Below are positions 1-12,877 of a DNA stretch of 64,000 nt, piece after piece. A program made the translations under genes and the position numbers. The stretch is from Eledone cirrhosa. Its lineage: Eukaryota. The number at the start of each line of letters is the position of its first letter. The first letter of the stretch is position 1. The stretch is taken from the NCBI GenBank assembly GCA_964016885.1, contig OZ024760.1, positions 5,394,001 to 5,458,000 on the forward strand. The letters are read 5' to 3'. A model generated the notes under the pieces. The model saw only the letters and a list, made by a program, of their open reading frames with translations, ran no database searches and was not told the origin of the DNA.

Positions 1-351
1 CTCCATAATTATTGGCCTTGTGCCTAAATAATAATTATTATGATTCATCCAATATGATGTAGGCCAAAGGTCTGTCAGTCAAGAATTTCTTCTAGAATGA
101 GGCCTTCTATTTGTTTTTTGTCAGCAGGTTTAATATCCATTGCCAGCTCGCTAGGCCTGCTGGGGCTAACTCCAATCCACCGATGTTGACCAAGGGAAAG
201 GTAAAGGCCACTACAGCTTGGCACCAGAGACATTGCAACCCATATATACATTGTATATACTCTATATACTCTATATACAATGTTGTCCAAATGAAAGGCA
301 AATACCAATACAGCTTGGCACCTGAGACATCACAACTCATATATACACTAT

Positions 352-688
352 ATCAAAGACCCCCTTCGGTCAGGAATGACCATGTGATTTGCCCCTAGAA
401 AGTTTCCCTCCGAAGCACAAGTCCAGGCAAGGTTGTTTGAGGAAGACCAACAGTTGCCCATACATACCAGTCTCCCCTCTCTAGGCCATCGATGTTGTGC
501 AAGGGAAAGGCTAATGGCCGATACAGCTTGGCACCAGCGACATCGCAACTCATTTCTACAGCTGAGTAAACTGGAGTAATGTGAAATAAAGTGTCTTGCT
601 CAAGCACACCATGCATCACCCGGTCTGAGAATTGAACTCACAACCTTTCGATTGCAAGCCCAATGCTCTAACCACTAAGCCATGCGCC
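352..688 (-). mobile_element. tRNA-derived SINE, CORE-like family (partial copies also at ~170-340 and ~750-885)
   Basis: Minus strand begins GCATGGCTTAGTGGTTAGAGC (A box) ... GTGAGTTCAATTC (B box), then CTTGAGCAAGACACTTTATTTCAC, which resembles the CORE domain; same head at 29950 and 61155. Confidence 0.75.
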
Positions 689-911
689 TTCACATATATA
701 CACTATATATCACAGTATATATAAGATGCTGTCTAAGTGAAAGGCAAAGGTCAATACAGCTTCACACCAGTGACATCGCAACTCATTTCTACAGCCTGAG
801 TGAACTAGAGCAACGTGAAAATAAAGTGTCTTGCTCAAGGATGCAACACAATACTCGATCCACAAATCAAACTCACAACCTGAAAGTTAAAAAGAAAAAT
901 CCACAACTTAC

Positions 912-1010
912 TTTGAATCTTGGAGATCGTCCAAAGCAGGAACACTGAAATGCCAAGAATACAATACTGGCTAGCACCACAAGAGATACCAGAACTGTAA
1001 TTTCTAGCAT
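912..1010 (-). CDS. Probable first coding exon (exon 912-1059 including 5' UTR) of a gene continuing left of the window; encodes hydrophobic N-terminal anchor MLEITVLVSLVVLASIVFLAFQCSCFGRSPRFK
   Basis: Acceptor tttttccag at 1060, ATG at 1010 with A at -3 and an in-frame TGA 9 nt upstream, 33 codons, perfect GTAAGT donor at 911-906 (phase 0); non-repetitive sequence. Confidence 0.6.
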
Positions 1011-1190
1011 TGTCAGTCAATTGTTTAGCAGGAAATTGTATGATTCAAGTGAAACCCATCTGGAAAAAACAAGGGAGATAACTGAACTTAAACCGTTTTA
1101 ATACAAGACAATGGTGCGGAAGTCTTTGATACCATGAAGACAATGGTGTTTAACTCTTTTGATGCCAAACACCAAGACAATGGAACTTAA

Positions 1191-1412
1191 CCCTTTAGCA
1201 TTTAAACTGGCTGTGTCCGGCCAGAATTCTCTCACCTATTTCTGTTTAAACCGGCGATAACCGGTCACTCATACTGATGTTAAGGTATTGTTCTCAAAAT
1301 AAATAATATGAAAATTTCATAGATTTGATCTTATGTGAGATAATTATGTAAAATAAAGTTTTTACTATGAAAATACAATAGTATAATATAGAATAATGTA
1401 AATGCTAAAGGG
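1191..1412. mobile_element. piggyBac-like MITE
   Basis: TIRs CCCTTTAGCATTTA / TAAATGCTAAAGGG flanked by TTAA / TAAA; homologous copies at 22170-22326 and 22384-22581. Confidence 0.7.
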
Positions 1413-1729
1413 TAAACCTTTTTGATATAAAGCCTGAAGACAACGGCACAACTCTTTTGATACCAAGCTCTGGCTTGTCCCCAGGCTTTGGTGCTCAGGA
1501 GTGGCTTTAGAACATTCTAGCTGGATACTGTAATACACAACAATTCTGAGGCAGATTTTCGGAATGAGGATATATATCACCTATATCTCTTCCTCATTCC
1601 CCCTCAATCAGAACAGACACCAACTCCTGTTTTCATGCAAGATACTATCTTTGCACAAATAACCAATGAGCTGTAGGACAGATTATTTATGCAGAACATA
1701 AAAACAATTACGATGATGGTGACGAGGAT

Positions 1730-1769
1730 GTTGATGGTGGTGATGGTGGTGGTGGCGATGATAACAACA

Positions 1770-1801
<32 letters not shown>

Positions 1802-1808
1802 AATGATG
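1730..1808. repeat. (GAT)n/(GGT)n microsatellite
   Basis: Direct reading. Confidence 0.9.
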
Positions 1809-1896
1809 AATATGTGTTCCATATGTTAGATGTGAGTTTGAAGAATTTCAAGAATGCATGAGACTATATCTAGTCTGCGTGTAACAAAGGCAGTTG

Positions 1897-1921
1897 TTAT
1901 ATAATATATGTATATATATAT

Positions 1922-1960
<39 letters not shown>

Positions 1961-2070
1961 TATATATATATATATATACACACACATATATATATATATA
2001 TATATACACACACATATATATATATATATACACACACATATATATATATATATACACATATATACACATT

Positions 2071-2113
<43 letters not shown>

Positions 2114-2265
2114 TTATATATACATATATATATACACATTTATATATACATACACATTTATATATACATACACACTTATATATACACATATACTATATAT
2201 ATACATATAATATATATATGTACATATATATACATATATATAGGCATATATATAGACACACACAC

Positions 2266-2298
<33 letters not shown>

Positions 2299-2346
2299 GA
2301 TAGAGAGAGACACAAATGATAATAAGTGTGTATGGGTGTGTGTGAA

Positions 2347-2388
<42 letters not shown>

Positions 2389-2390
2389 CA
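1897..2390. repeat. Compound (TA)n/(CA)n microsatellite
   Basis: Direct reading. Confidence 0.95.
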
Positions 2391-2644
2391 AGGGTGTGTG
2401 TAGGAGTAATAGTGAATAGTTTACAAGCTAAAGTATTAAATGTTACAAAGTTATAATCTAGGATGTTTGTTAGGTCACATGGTCGTTAGACACAGTTGTT
2501 ACAGTAATAAACTGAGGAGTGAAGACCAATGTCATCACAAATTATGTCTGGTTTATAATTTTATTTTTTTACATTTTAGCATGGGTTGGATGGGTTTCAC
2601 TTGCACCCTTGCTATTTTTTTTTTTTTTTTTTTTCAATTTTACA

Positions 2645-3510
2645 GCTGTATGCCCATCTTATCATAGACTGGTCACAAAGGGCCAGGGCCTGTGTGCCTT
2701 TCTTATCATCAATTGATTATAAGGGTTCAGTAGGGCGTTATCATCAACTGGTCATAGAGGGCTTGGGCTTGTATGCCCTTCCTATCACCAAAAGGTCACA
2801 GAGGGCTTATATTCCCTTCCTATCACCAACTGAGGTTGTGTGGGCCTGTGTGCCCTTCTTATCACCAACTGCTAAACATGGTCACAGCTGGAACACATAG
2901 TATTTGATCCAGGGTTAAACAACAACAACACATCTGATCGTAGGTCTACTGGATAGTGCTTAATCCAGGGTTAAACCATAACAATACATTTGATCATAGT
3001 CTATTGCATAGTGTTAAACCACAACAACACATTTGATCATAGGTCTACTGGATTGTATTTGATGCAGGATTAAACAACAACACATTTGATCGCAGGTCTA
3101 CTGGATAGTGCTTGATCCAGGGTTAAACCATAAACACATTTGATCATAGTCTACTGCATAGTGCTTAATCCAGAGGTAAACTACAACAACACATTTGATC
3201 ATAGGTCTACTGGATGATGCTTAACCTGGGGTCAAACAACAATAACATGATCACAGCTGGAACATATTTGATCTTAGGTATAAAGGATGATGCTTGACCT
3301 GGGGTTTAACAACAACATGATCACAGCTGCAACATATATGATCATAGGTCTACTGGATCGTGCTTGACTGGAGTCAAACAACAACAGCATGATCACAGCT
3401 GGAACATATTTGATATTAGGTCGACAGGATGATCTTGATCCAGCATTAAACAATAACAACACATTTGATTATCGGTGTACTGGATAGTACTTGATCCAGG
3501 GTTAAACAAA
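2645..3510 (+). repeat. Diverged minisatellites: ~39-bp units (2645-2870) and ~60-bp units ending GGGTTAAACAACAACAC (2900-3510)
   Basis: Recurrent ATTTGATCATAGGTCTACTGGATAGTGCTTGATCCAGGGTTAAACAAC and CCCTTCTTATCACCAACTG motifs. Confidence 0.8.
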
Positions 3511-4389
3511 AACAGTAACTATAACAAAAGAAGATATCTTCTTTGCTTGAGTAAAAAGAATGACAAGAATTTACAACTTTCTTTAGATGAGTGAAGAAAA
3601 TAGGTCAAATAAAATGTTTTGTTTTTATTTTATTGACAGGACAAAACTCTAGTTACCTGATGTCCATTCCTTCTCCTATCCTTCTTACCTCCCTTCCAAG
3701 ACACCAAATTATTTGAAGACACACTTTCCATGGACAATAACTGAAGCTTTAGTATAGATTGAAAGAAAAACCAGCACAACCCAAGTAAAAGTTATGTCTT
3801 GTTCTGACAACAAAAGATGCACAATACATGCCTAGCCATGAAATGAGGTGTCTAATGAAAGTTGTTATACTAGCAAACAAACAAAAGAAAATATCAAGAC
3901 TACTTTTCTTTTCAGAACAAGTTTCTATGTTGTTCTGGTTGTTGTTTATCCTCAGCTATGCTTTTCATCAATGGCATTCCAATCCTGACAACCCAGTTTT
4001 TTTTATAACAAATTTTTTTTTTATTGTTTTTTTTTCAAACATATCACCCCCCACCCCCCCCCACCAGCCCATCCTGTAAAATACTGCCACAAAAAAAAAA
4101 AAAGAAACGCTCAAAGTAAAGCCTGTAAGGTGGTAGTGTTGATGCTATATATATATATACAAGAAAGTACGTCCATAGAATTATTTGATAAAATATATAC
4201 AGTATTTATATATGTAAATCTATATATATATAAACCATTTATGTTGTGTGGTCTACCAATGGGTAGAACTGGTCATTCCAGTAAGTAAACCATGATGTAA
4301 TAAATTAACCTTCAGCACGCTGTGGGCGACACATGCTGCCATAAGAGTATATATATATATAACACACGCACACACATATATATATATAT

Positions 4390-4585
4390 ATCATCATCAC
4401 CGTTTTACATCCATTCTTCCACGCTAGCATGGGTTAGACGAGTTGTCCTGTTGTGGGCAGTGCCAGGTCAGGTGACCATGTCTTGCTCATACAGAACTGA
4501 TTTTGACTTGATTTCTACAGCTGGATGCCCTTCCAAACACCAACCTCATTTACAGTGTGTACTGGCTGTTTTTTTTATTGTGGTG
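4390..4585 (-). mobile_element. 3' part of SINE with RTE-type tail
   Basis: GGAAGGGCATCCAGCTGTAGAAATC ... CCCATGCTAGCGTGGAA ... (ATG)n; same segment at 19290-19680, 30140-30285, 32010-32160, 37370-37560. Confidence 0.7.
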
Positions 4586-4679
4586 CGTATACAACCACTA
4601 TATACATACATATAAATAAATACATATACATATATATATATACACACATACATATACATACACACACATATATATATAC

Positions 4680-5664
4680 TCATTTACTCTTTTACCTGTT
4701 TCAACCATCCGGCTGAGGCCATGCTGGGGCACCGCCCTTGTTGCTACACATTTTATCTCCAGCCTGTATAGGTTGGCCACTGGTGTAGGAGGGAGTTTGT
4801 TGCTGCTGCCCTTAGGTTTCCCTCGTGCCTTGCTGTGGGCTCATCCGGGATCCTGGATAACAAGGTGTCGAGATGTTTCTTGAAGACATCCACCTCCACG
4901 TCATGCAAATCTCTCAGATCCCTTGGGAGCCTGTTGAAGAGTTGAGGGCCCTTGAATCCCAGGTTATTGCAATACCTGCTCCTTATTCTAGATGTGGGAG
5001 ACGGGACCTTTGGCACCACACAGTGACGTCCTGTTCGACGGTTGGTCCAGCTCCCAATGCCAAAGTTTGGTGCTAGTCCCTCCAGGATTTTCCACATGTA
5101 GATCACTACGTATCTCTCCCGTCTTCATTCCAAGGAGTAGAGGTTCAGTTCCTTTAGCCTCTCCCAGTAGCTTGTCTCCCTCATCGTGGCAATCCTCTTG
5201 GTGTAGCTTCACTGGATTGCCTCAAGCTCCGTGGTTAGTTTGACACTATGGGGTGACCACAACTGGGAGCAGTAGTCCAGGCAGCTTAGGACAAATGTCC
5301 TCCATAGTGTCAACATGGTGTCTTGATCTCTTGTCCGGAAAGTCCTCAAGATCCAGCCAGCAAGTCGTCTGCACATTGTTGCCACTTTCATGATGTGTGA
5401 AGAAAAAGATGCATCATCGCTCATGTCTATGCCCAGGTCTCGTATAAATTTTGACACGGGGATATCGGTCCCTCCTGGTCCTGTGTAGTTGTGTTGTACT
5501 ATATTTGTGTTTGCAGGTTTGTATTGTAGGCTTGGAATTTGCCAGCATTAAACTGCATGTTGTTTTCTTCTGCCCATTTGTATATGGCATCCAGATCCTG
5601 CTGTAAAAGGGCATCAGCCGGGTTTTTGATTGCCTGTGCTACCTTAGTGTCATCAGCATAGCTG
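4680..5664 (-). mobile_element. 5'-truncated, frameshifted CR1-group LINE (RT C-terminus to 3' UTR)
   Basis: Translations SYADDTKV..LQQDLDAIYKWAEENNMQFNAGKFQ, RDLGI, LDYCSQLWSP, LEAIQ, GPQLFNRLPRDLR, FKKHLDTLL, typical of CR1/L2-group ORF2; spread over several frames. Confidence 0.9.
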
Positions 5665-6009
5665 ATAAAGAAGACAAAAAAAAAAAATAATAAAATAAGA
5701 TAAACAAACAAGCAAATAAATAAATAAATATATAGACAGACTGAATAAAAAATGGCGTAGGCATACAACACAACAGGAGGAACAATGAATATAACACCAC
5801 TGACGATGTTGCAGATGTGCAACGAAAGATTTATGTAAATTATGCAAACTATATATATATATATATATGTGTTTGTGTCTATATTGTATCTGTATTATTT
5901 TTGACCGCCGGTCAGTCAATGGCAACATTGAGGACCGAGTAAGTTAGATCGCAGATATAATAAAAGACAGCGAGAGGCGAAAACCAACCAAACAGTGAGT
6001 GTGTTCTGT

Positions 6010-6107
6010 TATTAATTCTGGCAATATTACGCAAATATGACCCTTCCCAAGTATAACAATATCTGTTTCGACACACGATTTCATATAAAAAACCTCGCAA
6101 AACTAAT
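6010..6107. repeat. Short interspersed repeat abutting (TA)n (second copy 58870-58970)
   Basis: GGCAATATTA..AATATGACCCT..TATAACAATAT.TGTTTC.ACACACGATTTCATATAAAAAA..CCT.GCAAAAC shared by both loci. Confidence 0.75.
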
Positions 6108-6187
6108 TCATATATATATACATATATATATAAATATACATATATATATATATATACATATATATATACATATATATATAAATATAC

Positions 6188-6222
<35 letters not shown>

Positions 6223-6981
6223 CATATATATATAAATATACATATAAATATATATACATATATATATATATATACATATATATATAAATATACATATAAA
6301 TATACATATATATATATATACATATATATATAAATATACATATATATATATACATATATATATAAATATACATATATACATATATACATATATATATATA
6401 AATATACATATATACATATATATATATAAATATACATATATATATACATATATATATATACATATAAATATACATATATATATACATATATATATATACA
6501 TATAAATATACATACATATATATATAAATATACATATATATATACATATATATATAAATATACATATATATATACATATATATATAAATATACATATATA
6601 TATACATATATATATACATATATATATACATATACATATAAATATACATATATATATACATATATATATACATATATATATACATATATATATAAATATA
6701 CATATATATATACATATATATATACATATATATATATATATACATATATATATACATATATATATACATATATATATAAATATACATATATATATATACA
6801 TATATATATACATATATATATAAATATACATATATATATATACATATATATATACATATATATATAAATATACATATATATATACATATATATATACATA
6901 TATATATAAATATACATATATATATACATATATATACACATATACATACACATATACATATATATACACATATACATACAC

Positions 6982-7012
<31 letters not shown>

Positions 7013-7053
7013 CATACATATATACATACATATATATACACATATACATACAC

Positions 7054-7084
<31 letters not shown>

Positions 7085-7093
7085 CATACATAT

Positions 7094-7138
<45 letters not shown>

Positions 7139-7315
7139 TATATACATATACATATATATATATACATATATATATACATATATATATATACACATATATA
7201 TATACATATATATATATACACATATATATATATACACATATATATATATACACATATATATATACATATACATATATATATATACATATATATATACATA
7301 TATATATACACACAC

Positions 7316-7346
<31 letters not shown>

Positions 7347-7376
7347 CATATATATATACATATATATATACACACA

Positions 7377-7408
<32 letters not shown>

Positions 7409-7440
7409 CATACATATATATATATACATATATATATATA
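6108..7440. repeat. Long (TA)n/(TACA)n microsatellite
   Basis: Direct reading. Confidence 0.97.
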
Positions 7441-8297
7441 CATCATCATCATTTTCATCATCATCATCATTTTACGTCCGCTTTTCCCTGCTTGCAAGGG
7501 TGGGACGGGTCTTATTCAGCACAGCATCTCTCCACTCGTCACGGTCCCTCGTCATCTCCACCGTGAGCTTCAATGATCTGAGGTCTGTTCTCACCACCTC
7601 CGCCCATGTTTTTCGTGGTCTACCTCTACTACGTCTTCCTTCAACTGGCATTTCCTGGCACTTCTTCACCCATCGGTCATCCTCCATGCGCATCACATGT
7701 CCATACCACCTCAGTCTCCTCTCCCGTACACTACATTCTATCCCTCTCAGACACAGTTTCTCTCTCAACACATTTATGCTGGGTCGTTCACGCACATTTA
7801 CACTGCACATCCAACGGAGCATGCTTGCCTCATTTCTCTCCAGCCGTCGCATATCTTCTGCGGTAGCTGCCCATGTCTCACTACCATGCAGCATCGCGCT
7901 CCTCACACAGGCATCATACAACCGGCCTTTCGTACGCAGGGAGAAACCCTTCTTCGTCAACAGAGGAAGCAGCTCCCTAAACTTCTTCCAACCCGTCCTT
8001 ATTCTAGATACTATGGCCTCGGAACACCCTCCTCCCATGCTAATCTGATCTCCTAGGTACCGGAAGCTATCCACCACTTCTATAGCGCCCTCTCGCATTT
8101 GAAAAATGTGTCTATCAGTGCGACTTCTACTGTCTAATTTCCCTGTACATCTACTGCATACATATTTCTCCCTACCTGTTAGTTTGCCTGCTATCCCGCT
8201 ACATCTCTTGTGTACCCAGGACCTACATTGTGTGCATTTTATAGAATTTATGCCAGTTCCTTTTCTGCATATCGAACATGGCCATTTCCCTGACGGA
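7441..8297 (-). mobile_element. 5'-truncated RTE-clade LINE; stop-free ORF end (7472-8297) with C4HC3 finger, RT thumb and (ATG)n tail
   Basis: [59 protein letters not shown]; ends in AAAATGATGATGATG; sits inside a TA microsatellite. Confidence 0.95.
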
Positions 8298-9381
<1,084 letters not shown>

Positions 9382-9620
9382 ATGATGGCTGCCAACTCGT
9401 TTTCGAGTATGGCCACTACTTCATATCCATGTAGGAGAACCCCTGCGCTGAACAAGTGTGACTTTTTAGTCCAGCCAGCGACTTGAAAACTCTGGTACAA
9501 ACACTACACTTGTGACAATTATTGACACATAGTGCTGGGCCCATAGTACCATGTGACGACAAGTGCAGAGAGATATCCAGATATAAAGCAATGCCTGTGC
9601 CGTGAAGCTTTTATAGTGAG
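9382..9620 (-). mobile_element. Decayed 3' end of an RTE-like LINE with C-terminal C2H2 knuckle
   Basis: Minus strand reads [20 protein letters not shown], matching the CxxC..FxSxxGLxSH terminal finger of RTE/BovB ORFs, followed by (ATGT)n. Confidence 0.6.
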
Positions 9621-10299
9621 CAAAGGCACTGCACAAAGCCAGTCCCACTCTCTTAACCAAGATGATATTTACCAAAAAGAAGAACAAGTCAACATCATTG
9701 GATACCATCAGGGTTGCAGGTGTTATATCAGAGTTTTCCTTCTCCTAGAATTCTGCCTTGACAAAGACTAAGGGGTCATCTCTCCCGGTGATTTTGGATG
9801 GTCATTGTCTCTTAAGAGCTCCTTTGACATATATATATATACATACATTATATTCATTCATGATTTAATGAAAGTAATCCAATTTATTTTAATAACGTGA
9901 TGTAAAATAATTAATTGGGCACAGTCTTGCAGTTCTCCAATTATTATGTATAAAATGGTTGTAAAAAGAAAGTAAACCAATAAAATTAAAGGTTCAATCA
10001 CCATGGTAAATGCTAGAATACAGGAAAAGTTATTGAAAGATTTCATAAGTCCAGTTTCTTTGTATGTTATAGATAACTCCTTGAGTGTTGTAAAGAGGTT
10101 TTGGGTGGCAGACATTTTCAATTAAAAACTGGTTTTAGAATAAATAAAAACAGCTCTTACAAATGAAAAAAATATGTATAAAAAAATTTCAATAAATAAA
10201 TAAAACTGATAAACTTTGATGAAAGAAGGAAAAAAGTAGGAAAACTTGTTGAGATATAAATACGAATAGGGAGGGAATTTGTGAAGTCAACATTTATTA

Positions 10300-10930
10300 G
10301 TTTGTGGTTAGGAAAGAATCACTGGACAGATTTTACGAACAAAACCAGCTAGCTGGAGACCCAGGTGTAAACCTTGGGTCTTTGGACCAATGTTACTCGA
10401 TAGAGTGCGCAGTTCGGAGATCAGACTCACTCCAGGTAGAGTGGCCACCTCTCCGAATTGAGAGATCACAGCTCCAATATTACAGACATGTAATGTCTCA
10501 GGAAAGAATCGTTGGGCAAGACCAACTGGCAGGAGCTCTAGGGGTAGACCTTGTGTCTCTGGAGTAATGTTACTTGATATAGTGTGTAACTTGGAGATCA
10601 GAGAGTTGCTCCAAGTAGAGCCGTTACCGCTCCTAATTGAGAGATCACAGCGCTGATATTATAGAAATGTGGTAAGAATGACTTAAGAAATAATCGCTGG
10701 ACAGATTTTACAGGCAAAACCAACAGCAGGAGACTCAGGAATAAGCTCTAAGATGGTTGGATGACATCCATGAGCTTGGCTAGTCTTGCTTGGGGATCCA
10801 GCAGCTGGATCAATTGGAGACAGTTGCTTCTCACAGGATCCGTTGGAAGAAGTGTTTGAGGACTCTGCCTCCCACGAACCTCTCAGCAATAAGTGGGCGA
10901 AGAAGAAAAAGAAACAAGAGCAAGAAGACT
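10300..10930 (+). mobile_element. Decayed RTE-type LINE 3' fragment with internal tandem duplication
   Basis: LRIERSQLQYYRHV..SQERI motif repeated; same family at 14589-17670, 19680-20130, 41120-41420, 62375-62685. Confidence 0.75.
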
Positions 10931-10992
10931 ACAACTCCATCAGGTACAATGGGGGTGGAGTATGTCTCCATACATACACACATAATTTAGGC

Positions 10993-11272
10993 CAGGCATG
11001 GGCAACCTTTTGCGACCAACGGGGCCTACTAAAAGCACTACTAAAAGAATTCAAGGTAATTTCGAAATTAGGTGTGCCATTCAGAAAGCCAAATGGGCTA
11101 AAGCAGGCATGTCAAACTGAGGGTCCTGTGGGTCACTAATGTGTTGTCTGAGGGCCATGCAAGACAATTAATTGCATACATTGCAACTACTTTTACGAAG
11201 ATAAAACATGCTTGTGCTGTAAAAATCTTTGTGCGGGCCGCGGGTATGCTTGTAAAGGGCCACATGTTTGAC
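10993..11272. mobile_element. hAT-like MITE fragment
   Basis: Starts CAGGCATGGGCAACC with internal GGGCC/GCGGGCCGC motifs typical of hAT-Charlie non-autonomous elements. Confidence 0.5.
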
Positions 11273-11653
11273 CTAACTTTGGCTAAAGTCTATCTCAAGC
11301 TTCCTGGCTAGTGATACACTTTAGACTATATGTTCTTCCTAATACTCAAAATGCTACATCATCCGCCAAAATTTCACATCGCCCACCATTTTCAGTTCAG
11401 TTGCTCATTGCCTGCCAAACAGTTGAAACTGGCCACCGGTGGGCGATATCGCCCAGGTTGGGAAACCCATCTTTATAGCTTCCTTTATTGGCCAATGTTA
11501 TTGTTTAACCCTTGCCCAACCTTGACCGGGCAGACACATGACCAGAATCATAAGCATCCCACCTATGACCACCCCAACTGTCTGTCAATGACTGCCTGTC
11601 TAGGATTACGAGTTGTTTAATAAAATGGAAGTTCTCTGATCATTATTTTACAA

Positions 11654-11978
11654 GTTCAGGGCGGTGGATTGGCAGTATTGGTAGAGGGTCGGACGCCATG
11701 CTTTCCAGCATAGTTACGTCTCTTTACGATCTGAGTTCAAATCCTGCCGAGGTTGACTTTGCCTTTCATCCTTACGGGGTCGATAAAATAAACTACCAGT
11801 AATACACTGGGATAATTGCTGGCCTTGTGCCAAAAATAGAAACAATTATTTTACAAGTTCAAATCCCGCCGAGGTTGACTTTGCCTTTCATCCTTACGGG
11901 GTCGATAAAATAAACTACCAGTAATACACTGGGATAATTGCTGGCCTTGTGCCTTAAGCAGAAACAATTATTTTACAA
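11654..11978 (+). mobile_element. tRNA-derived SINE (Deu/Nin-like central domain) with duplicated 3' half
   Basis: A box TGGCAGTATTGG, B box GAGTTCAAATCC, GACTTTGCCTTTCATCCTTACGGGGTCGATAAAATAAA.TACCAG; flanked by direct repeat ATTATTTTACAA. Confidence 0.8.
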
Positions 11979-12172
11979 ATGTATTTATCTTTTTAGAAAA
12001 AATTCATATTAGGGGTCAGCGGGAATTAAAATTATGAATTTAGTGGTCGTAGAGGTCCGAAAGGTTGGCGACTACTGTTCTAAGATATTTGAGATGCAAG
12101 AAATTGCTTTAAAAATATATTTTATTGCTATGACCTGCTTGGGCTTCATCATCATCATCATCATCATCATCA

Positions 12173-12660
12173 TATGAGAGTGGGCTGACTATGGAGGAGT
12201 CCATGCTAGAGTTGTGAAATCTTGCAGGCATTAATTTCAACTTTTCTTATTAATAATTACATTGCTTCTTTCCATGGACTAATGTTGAAAAATAATCCCC
12301 ATTTGGTCATTCCATGAGTGTATCTTGGTCATAGACTGACTCTGGAGGACTGATGCTAGAGCTGTGAAATCTTGCATGCATTAATTTCAACTCTTCTTAT
12401 TAATAATTGCATTGCTTTTTTCCATGGACTAATGTTGAAAAATAAACCCCATTTGGTCATTCCATGAGTGTATCTTGGTCATAGACTGACTCTGAAGGAC
12501 TGATGCTAGAGCTGTGAAATCTTGCATGCATTAATTTCAACTCTTCTTATTAATAGCTGCATTGTTTCTCTATGGGACCATATTGAAAAATAATCCCCAT
12601 TTGGTCATTCCATGAGAGTATCTTGGTCAGCTTATGAACTTATTCGGCTGACCCTTGTAC
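12173..12660. mobile_element. Mariner-like MITE with internal ~150-bp tandem repeats
   Basis: Right TIR GTCAGCTTATGAAC..GCTGACCCTTGTA; homologous to 31348-31850 and 43149-43476. Confidence 0.7.
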
Positions 12661-12877
12661 ACTCACCAATACTTCTTTTCCTTTCCCATATGAGGTAGAG
12701 TGTAATTTGGAGGATACCTGGCTGCTATTTCTAGCAGGTAAGTCGCTGTTGATAGGAGAGTTACTGCAGGTGAAAGGGGAGGGATGCATCAATTTGTTTA
12801 CACTAATTCAGCACTCAGGTGAGCTGCACTTTATAGTAAAAAAAATAACAACAAAAACAGAAGCAAAGGAGTGCAAT

